DNA of 64,000 bases from Clostridia bacterium (GTDB taxonomy: Bacteria; Bacillota; Clostridia; TANB77; CAG-465): NCBI GenBank assembly GCA_036635835.1, contig JAVWPP010000001.1:68890-132889 (forward strand). The letters are read 5' to 3'. Each line of letters starts with the position of its first letter. Positions within the stretch are counted from its first letter, which is position 1. The notes under the pieces were generated by a model, which saw only the letters and a list, made by a program, of their open reading frames with translations, had not been told where the DNA came from and ran no database searches. The position numbers were made by a program, and so were the translations under genes. Positions 1-9,375 of the stretch are shown here, piece by piece.

Positions 1-378
1 AGCAATAGCTGGATTTATGAAGTTTGGATCAAAAAATGGTATTAAATTAAACACTAAATGATGTGGCATAGGGAAGTAAATTGCCGAATTTTGTCCCATA
101 CCTGAAAGTGAAAAAAGTAATCCTACAACTGACATAATTATATATACAAAAAATTGTAGTAAAGCTGTAAATGCTTTAACAAGTGGCTGCATAATTAATG
201 ATGCTCCACCTTCTAAAATATATGATATTCCGCTAACTTTATCGCCGTTTTCGTTTTCTATTACATTTTCTTCTATTACTTCAGATTCCGTTATTTGTGC
301 AGTTACACAGCTAGTTGTTCCAAATATAATTATTATTATCATAGATACAACTACGCATTTTTTCATTATTTTCTCCAT
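1..378 (-). CDS. Partial CDS (5' part in window, continues past left edge): N-terminal part of a paralog of the VirB6/TrbL-like polytopic membrane protein at 2093..4360
   Basis: My translation of the minus strand gives MEKIMKKCVVVSMIIIIIFGTTSCVTAQ..., then ...SAIYFPMPHHLVFNLIPFFDPNFINPAIA, which is near-identical to the motif EVYFPMPYHMVFNIIPFFDPNFINPAKA in the 755-aa protein. Signal-peptide-like N-terminus; ATG at 376-378. Confidence 0.6.
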   Translation of the reverse strand, partial: MEKIMKKCVVVSMIIIIIFGTTSCVTAQITESEVIEENVIENENGDKVSGISYILEGGASLIMQPLVKAFTALLQFFVYIIMSVVGLLFSLSGMGQNSAIYFPMPHHLVFNLIPFFDPNFINPAIA

Positions 379-624
379 ATTGATTACTCCTTATAATTCT
401 ACATTTATTGCTTCATTTATTGCTTCGATTTAATATTAAAATATTAATTTTTTCATTTATTTCCTATATTTATTTTTCGACAAAATAAACATAAATATAT
501 GCTTTATATTCTAACATATTTATCTCCGATTTTCAAGCTATAAGTTCGTTTTTATGTAAAACGTAATCAATTTATATGGCTAAGATACTAATTTGTACAT
601 ATTTATATATGTTGCTATATTTAT

Positions 625-653
625 AAAAAACGAGATAGATTTCGCTACCTCGT
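625..653 (-). terminator. Putative rho-independent terminator downstream of the 285-aa ORF
   Basis: On the minus strand the sequence reads ACGAGGTAGCGAAATCTATCTCGT followed by TTTTTT, a 5-bp stem plus U-run, located 30 nt after the stop at 684. Confidence 0.4.
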
Positions 654-683
654 GTTTTATTTGTTTAGGAAGCTATTATTTAT

Positions 684-1541
684 TTATACAACTTCATTAA
701 ATAAGAATTTGATTTCTATAGGCTCATCATTATTAGGCACTTTCACACTCTTTATTGAAAAGCCAGCCATATATCCATGAGATAATTGTCCAACTTTAAA
801 AGTTGCTAATGTATTTATTTCTTGGTTTGGCTGTATCACCACAGGTCTACCCATTGCAAATGAACTACTTGATACTATTTCTCCATCATTTAAATGATAT
901 CCATAAATGCATTCGTTTTTCGAATCTGAATTAAGTGTAACTGGCTGATCATTGTTGTTTCTTATTTTAAGTTTCATTTTATAAGTAGTAACACCAAAAT
1001 TAACATCAACTAATTCTACAGATATTTTATTACTTATGAATTTTTTATTTAAAGTTGCTTTGTAAATATAATCGTCAAAAGATATAGTGTAATTTCTTGG
1101 CGAAAGTTCTCGAATTATAATATATTCCTCAAGCAATTGATCTTTTGAAGTCATTCTAACTCTATAATATCTTTCATTGTTTATAATTCCATTAATGTAA
1201 TTTGACGGTACTAAATCTACTCCTAATATTTTTTTACCTTCTAATAAGGCTTTTAAATTGTCTTCTGTAATACCCTTTTCTGTAATATATGTATTTGTCA
1301 ATTTAGAGTATATTTCTTTAATGTTAGCCCTTTTTAACAGGTCTGCAATCTCTTTTAAATAACTGTTTAAGTATTTATTATTAGAATCCGTTGCAGATGT
1401 ATATTGGCCAAATTTTAATTCTTGTGGTTTTTCTTTTTTAGGTGCCCATATCATAACAAGTGCAATTATTAAAATTAGTACAACAACTGCAATTAGAATG
1501 CTAAATAAAGTTACCTCTTTTTTTATATCTTTTTCTTCCAT
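684..1541 (-). CDS. Bitopic membrane protein with N-terminal TM anchor and a ~250-aa extracytoplasmic domain, function unknown; candidate VirB8-like or accessory component of the T4SS-like cluster
   Basis: ORF of 285 aa. Hydrophobic segment FSILIAVVVLILIIALVMIW near the N-terminus. 8-nt gap to the upstream gene. No recognisable catalytic motif. Confidence 0.5.
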   Translation of the reverse strand: MEEKDIKKEVTLFSILIAVVVLILIIALVMIWAPKKEKPQELKFGQYTSATDSNNKYLNSYLKEIADLLKRANIKEIYSKLTNTYITEKGITEDNLKALLEGKKILGVDLVPSNYINGIINNERYYRVRMTSKDQLLEEYIIIRELSPRNYTISFDDYIYKATLNKKFISNKISVELVDVNFGVTTYKMKLKIRNNNDQPVTLNSDSKNECIYGYHLNDGEIVSSSSFAMGRPVVIQPNQEINTLATFKVGQLSHGYMAGFSIKSVKVPNNDEPIEIKFLFNEVV

Positions 1542-1549
1542 TACATCAC

Positions 1550-2077
1550 CTATATTTCTAAATAACTAATTTTAAATACTTTACTTCTTGTATCTAATTG
1601 GAATCCTATGAAGGTATTTTCGCTGATTGTTTTAATTTCAGCTAAATACACTTCAATTCCATTTTTATCTGCTATTTTATATAATTTAAATAAATTATTT
1701 TCATTAATATAAAAGTCATTGTCTTTTGTTGATTTAAAGTTTTTAGATATATATTCTTTTATTTTTTTCTTATAATCAAAGAAGGAGTGTTCTTTTTTAA
1801 GCGATTTTGTAAGTACTGAATATGTAGTTTTATCGTCCTTAGATAATAATCCTTCTATGTACATATTCATAACGGTTTCCGCTCTATTAAACTGCGTGTA
1901 ATCTTTGATAAGGTTTTCATCTTTAATATATGATTTGTAATCTTCAATTTTTATTTCACTTTTTGTGGTTTTTGCATTTAAACTTATCAAACTTGAGATT
2001 CCCCATAAAAGAATAACTGTAAGTCCTATAATGGCAATTATCATATTAATATTTTTCTTTTTAATATTTTCAAACAT
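1550..2077 (-). CDS. Small bitopic membrane protein (N-terminal TM), function unknown; part of the T4SS-like operon
   Basis: ORF of 175 aa. TM segment MIIAIIGLTVILLWGISSLISL. K/E-rich soluble domain. 15-nt gap to the VirB6-like gene. Confidence 0.5.
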   Translation of the reverse strand: MFENIKKKNINMIIAIIGLTVILLWGISSLISLNAKTTKSEIKIEDYKSYIKDENLIKDYTQFNRAETVMNMYIEGLLSKDDKTTYSVLTKSLKKEHSFFDYKKKIKEYISKNFKSTKDNDFYINENNLFKLYKIADKNGIEVYLAEIKTISENTFIGFQLDTRSKVFKISYLEI

Positions 2078-2092
2078 TAACTACCTCCATAA

Positions 2093-4360
2093 TTATTGTG
2101 AATCTTCTATATTATCTTTTTTTCTTTTATTATCTATTGTTGTTTTTACTGATTTTTCTCTATTTTGATTTCCTCCAATAGTTTTATTTGCACTACTCTC
2201 ATAACTTACTTGCTCGCTGATTTTTTGTTGTAAATGCTCTTCATAATTTATTTGAGGTTCTATCATTTTAAGCTGTGCTTCTCTTCCGACATTTTTTCCT
2301 ATAGTTTCTGCTATTTTGTCTCCGCCTGAAATTAATGCACCAGATATTGCTGACATATCATTAAGAGATCCAGATGCACCTCCACCCATAGCTAAACCTG
2401 CAACTACTGTTGCTGGTGACATGATTGCTGCAATTGTTTTTCCTGCTAATTGTTTTTCTTGTTCTCTAAGCTGCATTTCAAGTTCTTGTACAGACTTGCC
2501 TGGTAAACCAGAACTTGTCTGAGCTTGTTTTGGTAATTCTGCATTTGCCGCTGCTTGAATTCCTGTGCCTTTAGTTAATCTGTCTGGACTTGCTGCACCT
2601 TTAATTGTACTTGACATAGTTGAAGTTTGGCTCTGCACTGCTTGTAATATTTTATCTAACGCAAGTGCTATTCTATTTACTTCCGGTGAAGCTGTTCCTG
2701 TAGCTTTCAATGCTTGATTTACATCATTCATATCTACTTTTCCATCTCCAATACCAGGCTGCACTGTTGAAGTTTGCCTAGTAGCAGATGGACCTACATA
2801 TGTTAACAGATCCTTATTTGCAACATCTGTTGGTAATTTAGGAGGTGCTGCATTTGGCTGAACTTCTCTTGCTTTAGCTTTTTCAAGCTGAGATCTAGTA
2901 GATTTAATTCCTTTTCTACCAGCTGCCATACCCGTAAAGTTGTCTTTTATATTTTTTGTTGCACCAGCTGCAAGTGAGAAACCTGCAAAACCAAGTTTTC
3001 CTGCGTTTTGTAGACTTCCTGCTTTGGAATCTGGTACTCCAACGAAATCTTTAATTATTGCTTCTACTCTAGTTAATGAGGCTATTGCAACCACTTCTAT
3101 AATTGCTATAAGACCAGCAACTTTATCATGCTGCGCTGCATTATCTCCCATTTGTGTATCTAAAGTAGTAATGCCAGCTTGTTTTGCTAAACTGTTTATA
3201 AGTATCATAGTGAAAAACATTATAAATGCATGTATAGATTGCATAAATACTGCAATTCCAAACTGCGTTAACCATTTTTCAAAAAGTCCGCCTTTTTGTC
3301 CTAATACTTTTTTAATTGTATCTATTCCTATTACAAACGGGAATAGCATACCTAAAATAAGGCAGTAGAATAACCTTTTAATATATAGTATCGTTAGTGC
3401 AATAGTCTGTCCTATCATAACTGCAAGAATAATTGTAGCCATAAGTTCCCCAGATACCGACCTTTGCAAATACATTAAAAACATACCTTCAAATCCATAT
3501 GCTTTTTCTTGTACCGTTTCTACTTGGTTTAACCCTTCATTAATAAGAATTGCACCAAAAGATACTCCTAGTACCGGGCCTAGTAATACGGTCGTTGCTG
3601 CGCCTACTGCAGCGCCTGCGACCCATGCTCCTAGTTTCTCCATAAAGGATAGTTCTTTATCTTTTAATAAAGTTATAGACACTGGTATTTCTTCTTTTTG
3701 CGCGGCTTGATATAGATTAGAGACTATTTGCTCGTTTAGAAAAAATATACCTGCCATAAGGAAATGACCTACAAACAGCAGTATTATACCGGTTAGCCAA
3801 GTTGCTATTGCTGTTTTATATTGTGCTTTTTGCTGCGCTGAAACTGATATTGCAAGCTTTATTCCAATTATTAAAGCAATTACAACAAACAGAGTTGCAA
3901 CAATTGACACGCCTGTGTAATATAACGGGCTGATAGCTTTAGATACTATTTCTATTAAATTAAAGCTTCCTCCAGGAGGTGCTTTAGCTGGATTAATAAA
4001 ATTAGGATCAAAGAATGGTATGATATTAAACACCATATGATATGGCATTGGAAAATACACTTCCGTATTTTCAGTAACTCCCATCATTGAGAATACAACA
4101 GATATAACTGATACGACCATATAAATAATGAATCTTATTAGTAGTGAAAGCATATCTATTATAGCTCCTGAAATAAAGCCAAGCGAAGTAGCTTTTTTCA
4201 ATATTTGATTTAGTATTGTAGTTTTTTGACCATTCTCGCCATCAATTAAAGCTGTATTTAATTCCGTATGTGTTATTTCTGCAAAAATAGTGTTTGTAGC
4301 CACTAATACTAAAGTTACGATTAGAGATACTATTATAATTTTTTTAAGTACCTTTTTCAT
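2093..4360 (-). CDS. VirB6/TrbL-like polytopic membrane protein (compare Tn916 Orf15, ICEBs1 ConG, pCW3 TcpH) with a long hydrophilic low-complexity C-terminal extension
   Basis: 755 aa. Cleavable signal peptide (…TNTIFA-EIT), N-terminal extracytoplasmic region, then 6 or more TM helices in the middle. The C-terminal ~300 aa are A/G/Q/T/S-rich low complexity. Sits immediately downstream of the VirB4-like ATPase, as in Gram-positive conjugation loci. Confidence 0.6.
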   Translation of the reverse strand: MKKVLKKIIIVSLIVTLVLVATNTIFAEITHTELNTALIDGENGQKTTILNQILKKATSLGFISGAIIDMLSLLIRFIIYMVVSVISVVFSMMGVTENTEVYFPMPYHMVFNIIPFFDPNFINPAKAPPGGSFNLIEIVSKAISPLYYTGVSIVATLFVVIALIIGIKLAISVSAQQKAQYKTAIATWLTGIILLFVGHFLMAGIFFLNEQIVSNLYQAAQKEEIPVSITLLKDKELSFMEKLGAWVAGAAVGAATTVLLGPVLGVSFGAILINEGLNQVETVQEKAYGFEGMFLMYLQRSVSGELMATIILAVMIGQTIALTILYIKRLFYCLILGMLFPFVIGIDTIKKVLGQKGGLFEKWLTQFGIAVFMQSIHAFIMFFTMILINSLAKQAGITTLDTQMGDNAAQHDKVAGLIAIIEVVAIASLTRVEAIIKDFVGVPDSKAGSLQNAGKLGFAGFSLAAGATKNIKDNFTGMAAGRKGIKSTRSQLEKAKAREVQPNAAPPKLPTDVANKDLLTYVGPSATRQTSTVQPGIGDGKVDMNDVNQALKATGTASPEVNRIALALDKILQAVQSQTSTMSSTIKGAASPDRLTKGTGIQAAANAELPKQAQTSSGLPGKSVQELEMQLREQEKQLAGKTIAAIMSPATVVAGLAMGGGASGSLNDMSAISGALISGGDKIAETIGKNVGREAQLKMIEPQINYEEHLQQKISEQVSYESSANKTIGGNQNREKSVKTTIDNKRKKDNIEDSQ

Positions 4361-4371
4361 ATAATCTCCTT

Positions 4372-6360
4372 CTACTGTGCTGATTGAGCATTCATATTTG
4401 CGAGTTTAGATAAGTTTGTTTCAACAAATTCAAACTCTTTTTGTGTAGGTTGAATAGCAATAACTGCAGACTCTTGACCTATTTTTATTAAGCCTTCACC
4501 TCTAACACATGTTAATAAGAATTGTGATTCTCCATCACTTAGCTTAAATACTTCTTTTAAATATTGTATTTCAGATTTATCTTGTGCTAAAAATAATTTA
4601 ATTTCAGAAGATGTTAAAACTGCTTGAGCTTCTTTTTTCTCATAAAAGTCCTGGAACTTTTGAGAAACAACTGTTAATGATACATTTCTTTTTCTAGCAC
4701 GTCTAGCCATTGTATTTAAGAACTGTACAGCTTCTGGATAATCTAGTAACATCCACGCCTCATCTACTAGTACTCTCTTCTTTTTAGCTTTTGTTTTATC
4801 TTCACTGTTTTTCTTAACATATTTTTCCCATATCCAAGAAAGTAGGATTTGCTGAGCAAGTGGTCTTGCAAATTTTTCTTCTAGCTGAGATATATTAATA
4901 TTTATAAATGGTGAACCTTCTAAAAGTTCAAATGTAGATTGTCCATCAAAGTATGCCATTTGCCCATCTAGTTTTCTTACATACTGTTTCATAACTTTTA
5001 CAAGGTAACTGTAGTGATAACTGTATGCGCCATTTTGATTTTCTCCTGCTTTAACTAAAAGCGTATCATACCAAGAACTAATTGTTGGCATGTCTTTCTT
5101 TGTTAAGCCGATTCTATTGTTTATTCCACTTGCACTATTAGAATCTATGTATATACTATTTACGTCATTATTTATACCATGCCTTGCATATTCCTCAGCA
5201 ACTATTTCTGCTATTATTTGTTTTGTTAACTCATTAACTTCTGAGCTTCTTGTTGCTCCACGAGCCATTGTAAGTAGTGCTTGTGTAACGTCCTCTATTT
5301 TATTTTCTACATTAAGAACTAATTTATCTTTACCTGTAATTTCATCTTTAGTTGTTTCTGTCTCAATATCAAAAATATTTATTACAGTATTACTATTTGG
5401 GCTTAAATTGATGTTTATACCGCATAAAGCTTCTGCAACAACAACATACTCACCCTCGGCGTCTAGTACTAAATTTTCTATACCCATAAGTACAGATGAT
5501 CTAGCCATTATAGTTTTGATTGTAACTGATTTTCCAGAACCTGATTTTCCAAATATAATCATATTATAATTAGTTAATGAAGAATGGAAATTATCAAAAA
5601 GCAGTGGTAAACCTGTTTGTTTATTCATTCCTATAGGAACTCCAATTGGATGTCCAACTTCTGCTGCTACAAATGGGAAAACTGTTGACATTGAACCTCT
5701 ATCAAAAGTATGTTTTCTTGTTATTTTATTATTGTTAAGCGGTAAATTAGATTGAAGCGCTTCTTCTTGTATTGCCCATGCTGCTTTTAGAGTGATCATA
5801 TTTTTTGATGCTTCCATAGCAAGCATTTCTGAAGATTTATCTAACTCTTCTTTGTTATATGCAAAAAGAGTAGCAATAATAGTAGCTTCAAATAATTTAT
5901 TATATCCTGCTGCTATCTGATCTCTTAACTGTTCTGCTTCAGATTGTTTAGCAGATAGTACAGATTCTCTATTGATATCTCCTCTATCTCTTGCTACATA
6001 TCTTTCTGCTTGTAATTCAACAATGGTTTTTCCTAAATCTTTTTGAGATATAGTTTCAGATATTGGATTAATATATACGGATGTATTTATATCTCCAAAC
6101 TCATATATATCTGCTAAAAAATATGGGAATATTGCTTGTCTTGGTATGGTTGTTAAATAGAAAGTTCTAGCGTACCTAGATACTTTAGAAAATATCTCTA
6201 AATAATCAAAATGAGTAGCATCTATTCCTGATGGAGATATTAAGTCTTTTAATCCTGATTTGTTTTGGTCTAAAAAGCTCATTTCTTTTTCTCCAGCGCT
6301 TATGATTTCTTCTTCTGTTTTAACTGCTTCATTTTTTTGTTTTTTCTTACTTCCAAACAT
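4372..6360 (-). CDS. VirB4/TrsE/TcpF-like T4SS ATPase (DUF87/AAA-like family)
   Basis: 662 aa. Walker A IFGKSGSGKSV followed by the VirB4-type VLDAEGEY box. Walker B / DEAW motif RVLVDEAWMLLD. C-terminal SQKFQDF. Membrane-machine gene context. Confidence 0.8.
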   Translation of the reverse strand: MFGSKKKQKNEAVKTEEEIISAGEKEMSFLDQNKSGLKDLISPSGIDATHFDYLEIFSKVSRYARTFYLTTIPRQAIFPYFLADIYEFGDINTSVYINPISETISQKDLGKTIVELQAERYVARDRGDINRESVLSAKQSEAEQLRDQIAAGYNKLFEATIIATLFAYNKEELDKSSEMLAMEASKNMITLKAAWAIQEEALQSNLPLNNNKITRKHTFDRGSMSTVFPFVAAEVGHPIGVPIGMNKQTGLPLLFDNFHSSLTNYNMIIFGKSGSGKSVTIKTIMARSSVLMGIENLVLDAEGEYVVVAEALCGININLSPNSNTVINIFDIETETTKDEITGKDKLVLNVENKIEDVTQALLTMARGATRSSEVNELTKQIIAEIVAEEYARHGINNDVNSIYIDSNSASGINNRIGLTKKDMPTISSWYDTLLVKAGENQNGAYSYHYSYLVKVMKQYVRKLDGQMAYFDGQSTFELLEGSPFININISQLEEKFARPLAQQILLSWIWEKYVKKNSEDKTKAKKKRVLVDEAWMLLDYPEAVQFLNTMARRARKRNVSLTVVSQKFQDFYEKKEAQAVLTSSEIKLFLAQDKSEIQYLKEVFKLSDGESQFLLTCVRGEGLIKIGQESAVIAIQPTQKEFEFVETNLSKLANMNAQSAQ

Positions 6361-7995
6361 TTATATTCCTCCTTCGTTATTATTATTTGTTACAGCTTCT
6401 TTGTTTAAGTATGGGTTGTTATTGCGCATTTCTTCTAATTTTTGTTCTTTTGAAATCTCCGTACTTTGTACTGGCTGTTGTTTAATTACTTGTTCTAGTG
6501 GTCTTGCAACTTGTGGCTGAGTAGCTTGTGGCTGTTTAATTACCTGTTCTAACGGCCTTGCAACTTGCCCCTGCTGTGTAACTATCTGAGGCTGCTTAAC
6601 TACTTGTTCTAATGGTTTTGCAACTTGTGGCTCTTGTACTTGACTTGCTTGTGGAGCTTGAGGTGTATTTGGCTGCGCTGTTACTTGCTGAGCTTGTGGC
6701 GGCGTAGCTACTGGCCTTTGCACTTGTTGCTGCTGAACTACTTGTCTTTGCTGCATTGCTGCTGCTCTTTCGAATTCTTCTTGCCTTAACTTAGCCTGTC
6801 TTTCTCTTTCTTCTTCTTTTACTCTTTCTGCTCTATCTATGTGTTTTTTTATGATTATTTTAGTCAATGCATCTTTTGTTTCTAAGTCTATATCTGCTTC
6901 TGCAACATATTTCATAGCTAATTTATCTACATCTGCTTCTTCACTTGCTGCTTGCTCACCTGCTATAGGTAAAGAGCCTTTAGCTAGACCTTCTGTGATC
7001 ATTTGCTGTAATCTTTTTGAGCTTTCTTTTTGATATTCTTTAGAAAGAACTTCATCTTTTTTCTCTTCTATGTCTTTTGATGTTGAATATAGTCTATAGA
7101 ATTCTGATGATAATGCTTGTTTAACATCTATTATTTTTTCATCATCTCTGTTGTATGAAATATATAATAGTTCTGCTAGCTGGTTAGAATCTATTACTTC
7201 TCCTGAAACTGAGCAGGCTTGAAGTGCACTTATTATTGAGCGGGCTCTGGTGTAGAGCTCGGTATAGCACATTTGAGTTATTTCTTGTGGAGTGAATTTT
7301 TCTAAGTTTGTTATTTCGCTTTTATTATATGAAAAAATTATATAAAATTTTCTTTGAAGCATTTGCTTGTTACTACTCATTTTTTCTACATAATTTGTTA
7401 TATCATTTGCATACGAAAACATATTGCTATATTTTTGATAATTAAGCTGCGCATCAAACAAGTCTTTATGTGATGTTGTAGGCTCTTGTATTGCTTTTTT
7501 CAAATCTTGCTCATATGTTTTACATTGTAACTCTATATCATCTATTTTTTCTTTATATATTCTCATACTACTTCTTAAATCTACAGCTCTTGCTTGAACG
7601 TAAATTTGTATTGGACATCTTAATGTATTTAAAAAAGTTATAAAACCTTCTTCTACCGCCATTTGTTCTATTTCTGACATTAAATCATAATTTATACCTT
7701 TACACTGAACAACCATGGTATATACATTTCCACCTTTTTGTATTATCATATCATCTGAAATTTTATCAAATTCCATGAAATTAACTATATCAACCATTGG
7801 TACAGCTTTTTTAGCAAAAATCTTTTCTTCTTCTTTATCTACTTCGCCTTTTCCTGTTTCTTTTGTTTTAGGCGGTTTTTTATCTGTCATTATAAATACT
7901 ATTATTACAACTATTACAACTACTGCTCCTAGAATCCATATTAATTGATTTTCCATTTGACTTGTCTCCTTTTTTAGACATATGCTATTTAGCAT
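6361..7995 (-). CDS. Bitopic coiled-coil membrane protein, paralog of 8140..9375, with C-terminal Q/P-rich 17-aa tandem repeats; T4SS-like cluster component of unknown role
   Basis: 544 aa (true start possibly the internal MENQLIWILG). N-terminal TM. Conserved block YTMVVQCKGINYDLMSEIEQ and C-terminal ADIDLETKDALTKIIIKKHI shared with the 411-aa paralog. Its stop directly abuts the VirB4-like start codon. Confidence 0.55.
   Translation of the reverse strand: MLNSICLKKETSQMENQLIWILGAVVVIVVIIVFIMTDKKPPKTKETGKGEVDKEEEKIFAKKAVPMVDIVNFMEFDKISDDMIIQKGGNVYTMVVQCKGINYDLMSEIEQMAVEEGFITFLNTLRCPIQIYVQARAVDLRSSMRIYKEKIDDIELQCKTYEQDLKKAIQEPTTSHKDLFDAQLNYQKYSNMFSYANDITNYVEKMSSNKQMLQRKFYIIFSYNKSEITNLEKFTPQEITQMCYTELYTRARSIISALQACSVSGEVIDSNQLAELLYISYNRDDEKIIDVKQALSSEFYRLYSTSKDIEEKKDEVLSKEYQKESSKRLQQMITEGLAKGSLPIAGEQAASEEADVDKLAMKYVAEADIDLETKDALTKIIIKKHIDRAERVKEEERERQAKLRQEEFERAAAMQQRQVVQQQQVQRPVATPPQAQQVTAQPNTPQAPQASQVQEPQVAKPLEQVVKQPQIVTQQGQVARPLEQVIKQPQATQPQVARPLEQVIKQQPVQSTEISKEQKLEEMRNNNPYLNKEAVTNNNNEGGI
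6420..6665. repeat. Imperfect ~51-54-nt tandem repeats (about 3 units) encoding QVARPLEQVIKQPQ-type peptide repeats
   Basis: DNA units ...cttgttctagtggtcttgcaacttgtggctg... recur three times. The protein shows QVAKPLEQVVKQPQ / QVARPLEQVIKQPQ / QVARPLEQVIKQQP. Confidence 0.7.
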
Positions 7996-8139
7996 TAGAA
8001 ATTATTTATATTTTTTTATATTTTCATTACATACTATTATACTAAAATCTTATCATAAGTAGATTTTCTTTGCAAGAACTTTTAGTGATTTTCTACATGT
8101 TTTGCATATTAAAAAAAACATAAAAAAGGCAACCCAATA

Positions 8140-9375
8140 TTAAAATATTGAATTGCTTTTTATTGCAGGTGTAACAATACCTGTTTTACTATCAACCTTT
8201 GTTGTTTGATTTATGCTAGTATCTAGCTCAACTCCAGCTGCTTTTATTTTTTCTATATGTTTTTTAACAATTAATTTAGTTAATGCATCTTTTGTTTCTA
8301 GATCTATGTCTGCACCAGCTATAATTTTAACTGCCATTTTATCTATTTTCTCATCTCGCTCTACATCTTCGTTTACTTCTGGTTTAAGCCTGCCTTTAGC
8401 TTCATCTTGAGCTCTTTTTATTTTTTGCTTTTCTGCTTTTTCGCTTAAATATTCATTACGTAAAAACTCATTCTTCTGATTCATGCTGTCTCTAGTTGAT
8501 GAATATACATTGTAAAATCCAGAATCTACGGCTTGTTTTATTTCTATGATCTTATCGTCATAAGTATTTAGTGAAACATACAATAAGTCTACTAATTCAT
8601 TACTTGTAAGAACCTTTGAAACTACTTGACATGCATTTAATGCATCTATAAGTTCGCAAGCTTTTTTATATAATACGGAATACGCATATTCTGCAATCTT
8701 TTTGGCTTTTACTTTTTCATCTTGTGGTATTTCAGACTTATCAAAAGAAAATATAATGTAAAACTTTCTTTGAAGCATTCTTTTATTAAATGTAACTTTT
8801 TCAGTATATCTAGTTATATCATCTGCATATTGATACATATTATTTGTTTGCTGTATTTTCATTTGTGCATCATATATTTTTTTAGAATCTATCTCCATAC
8901 TTTGCATAAGCACTTGATATTCTCTCTCCGCATCTTCGCATTTAATTCTTAAGCTTTCTACTTTATTTTTATACATTTCTAAATTTTCTTTTAATTCTAT
9001 TGTTCTAGATTGAACATAAATTTGAATTGGGTAATCTATTAATTCCATACAATCAACGAAACCTTTTTCTACTTTTAATTGTTCTATTTCGGACATCAAA
9101 TCATAATTTATGCCTTTACACTGAATTATCATAGTATATCTACCATCTGAGTTTTGTACAATCATATTATCTAAAATTCTATCAAATTCTACAAACTTAG
9201 AAAGATTAACAAGTTCAGGAGGCTTAGCTTTTTTCTTAGGTTCATTGCTCTCAGGCATATTTGGATTTTTTTTATTTGCGGCTTTCTTTGCAGATTGTTT
9301 ATCTGTAACCATAAGAAATATAAATCCACCTACAGAAAGAACCAAAACTAATATTGTTATTAATTCAAAATTCAT
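8140..9375 (-). CDS. Bitopic coiled-coil membrane protein, paralog of 6361..7995
   Basis: 411 aa. N-terminal TM ITILVLVLSVGGFIFLMV. Shares the YTMIIQCKGINYDLMSEIEQ and ADIDLETKDALTKLIVKKHI blocks with the 544-aa protein. Its start ATG overlaps the stop of the upstream 125-aa gene (TAATG). Confidence 0.55.
   Translation of the reverse strand: MNFELITILVLVLSVGGFIFLMVTDKQSAKKAANKKNPNMPESNEPKKKAKPPELVNLSKFVEFDRILDNMIVQNSDGRYTMIIQCKGINYDLMSEIEQLKVEKGFVDCMELIDYPIQIYVQSRTIELKENLEMYKNKVESLRIKCEDAEREYQVLMQSMEIDSKKIYDAQMKIQQTNNMYQYADDITRYTEKVTFNKRMLQRKFYIIFSFDKSEIPQDEKVKAKKIAEYAYSVLYKKACELIDALNACQVVSKVLTSNELVDLLYVSLNTYDDKIIEIKQAVDSGFYNVYSSTRDSMNQKNEFLRNEYLSEKAEKQKIKRAQDEAKGRLKPEVNEDVERDEKIDKMAVKIIAGADIDLETKDALTKLIVKKHIEKIKAAGVELDTSINQTTKVDSKTGIVTPAIKSNSIF

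Noticed and set aside
2316-3368. Plus-strand ORFs (2316..2522, 2940..3368, also 5090..5569, 6260..6520, 6839..7033, 7715..7948, 8213..8410, 8722..8952) inside the T4SS-like genes
   Set aside because: They are antisense to long, motif-bearing minus-strand genes. They are low-complexity, S/I/L-rich shadow ORFs typical of AT-rich DNA, with no RBS or start context.
8100-8140. AT-only palindrome caatattaaaatattg between the 411-aa and 544-aa paralog genes as a terminator
   Set aside because: A 7-bp all-A/T stem is too weak to call. It is more likely a partial attenuator or coincidence in AT-rich DNA.
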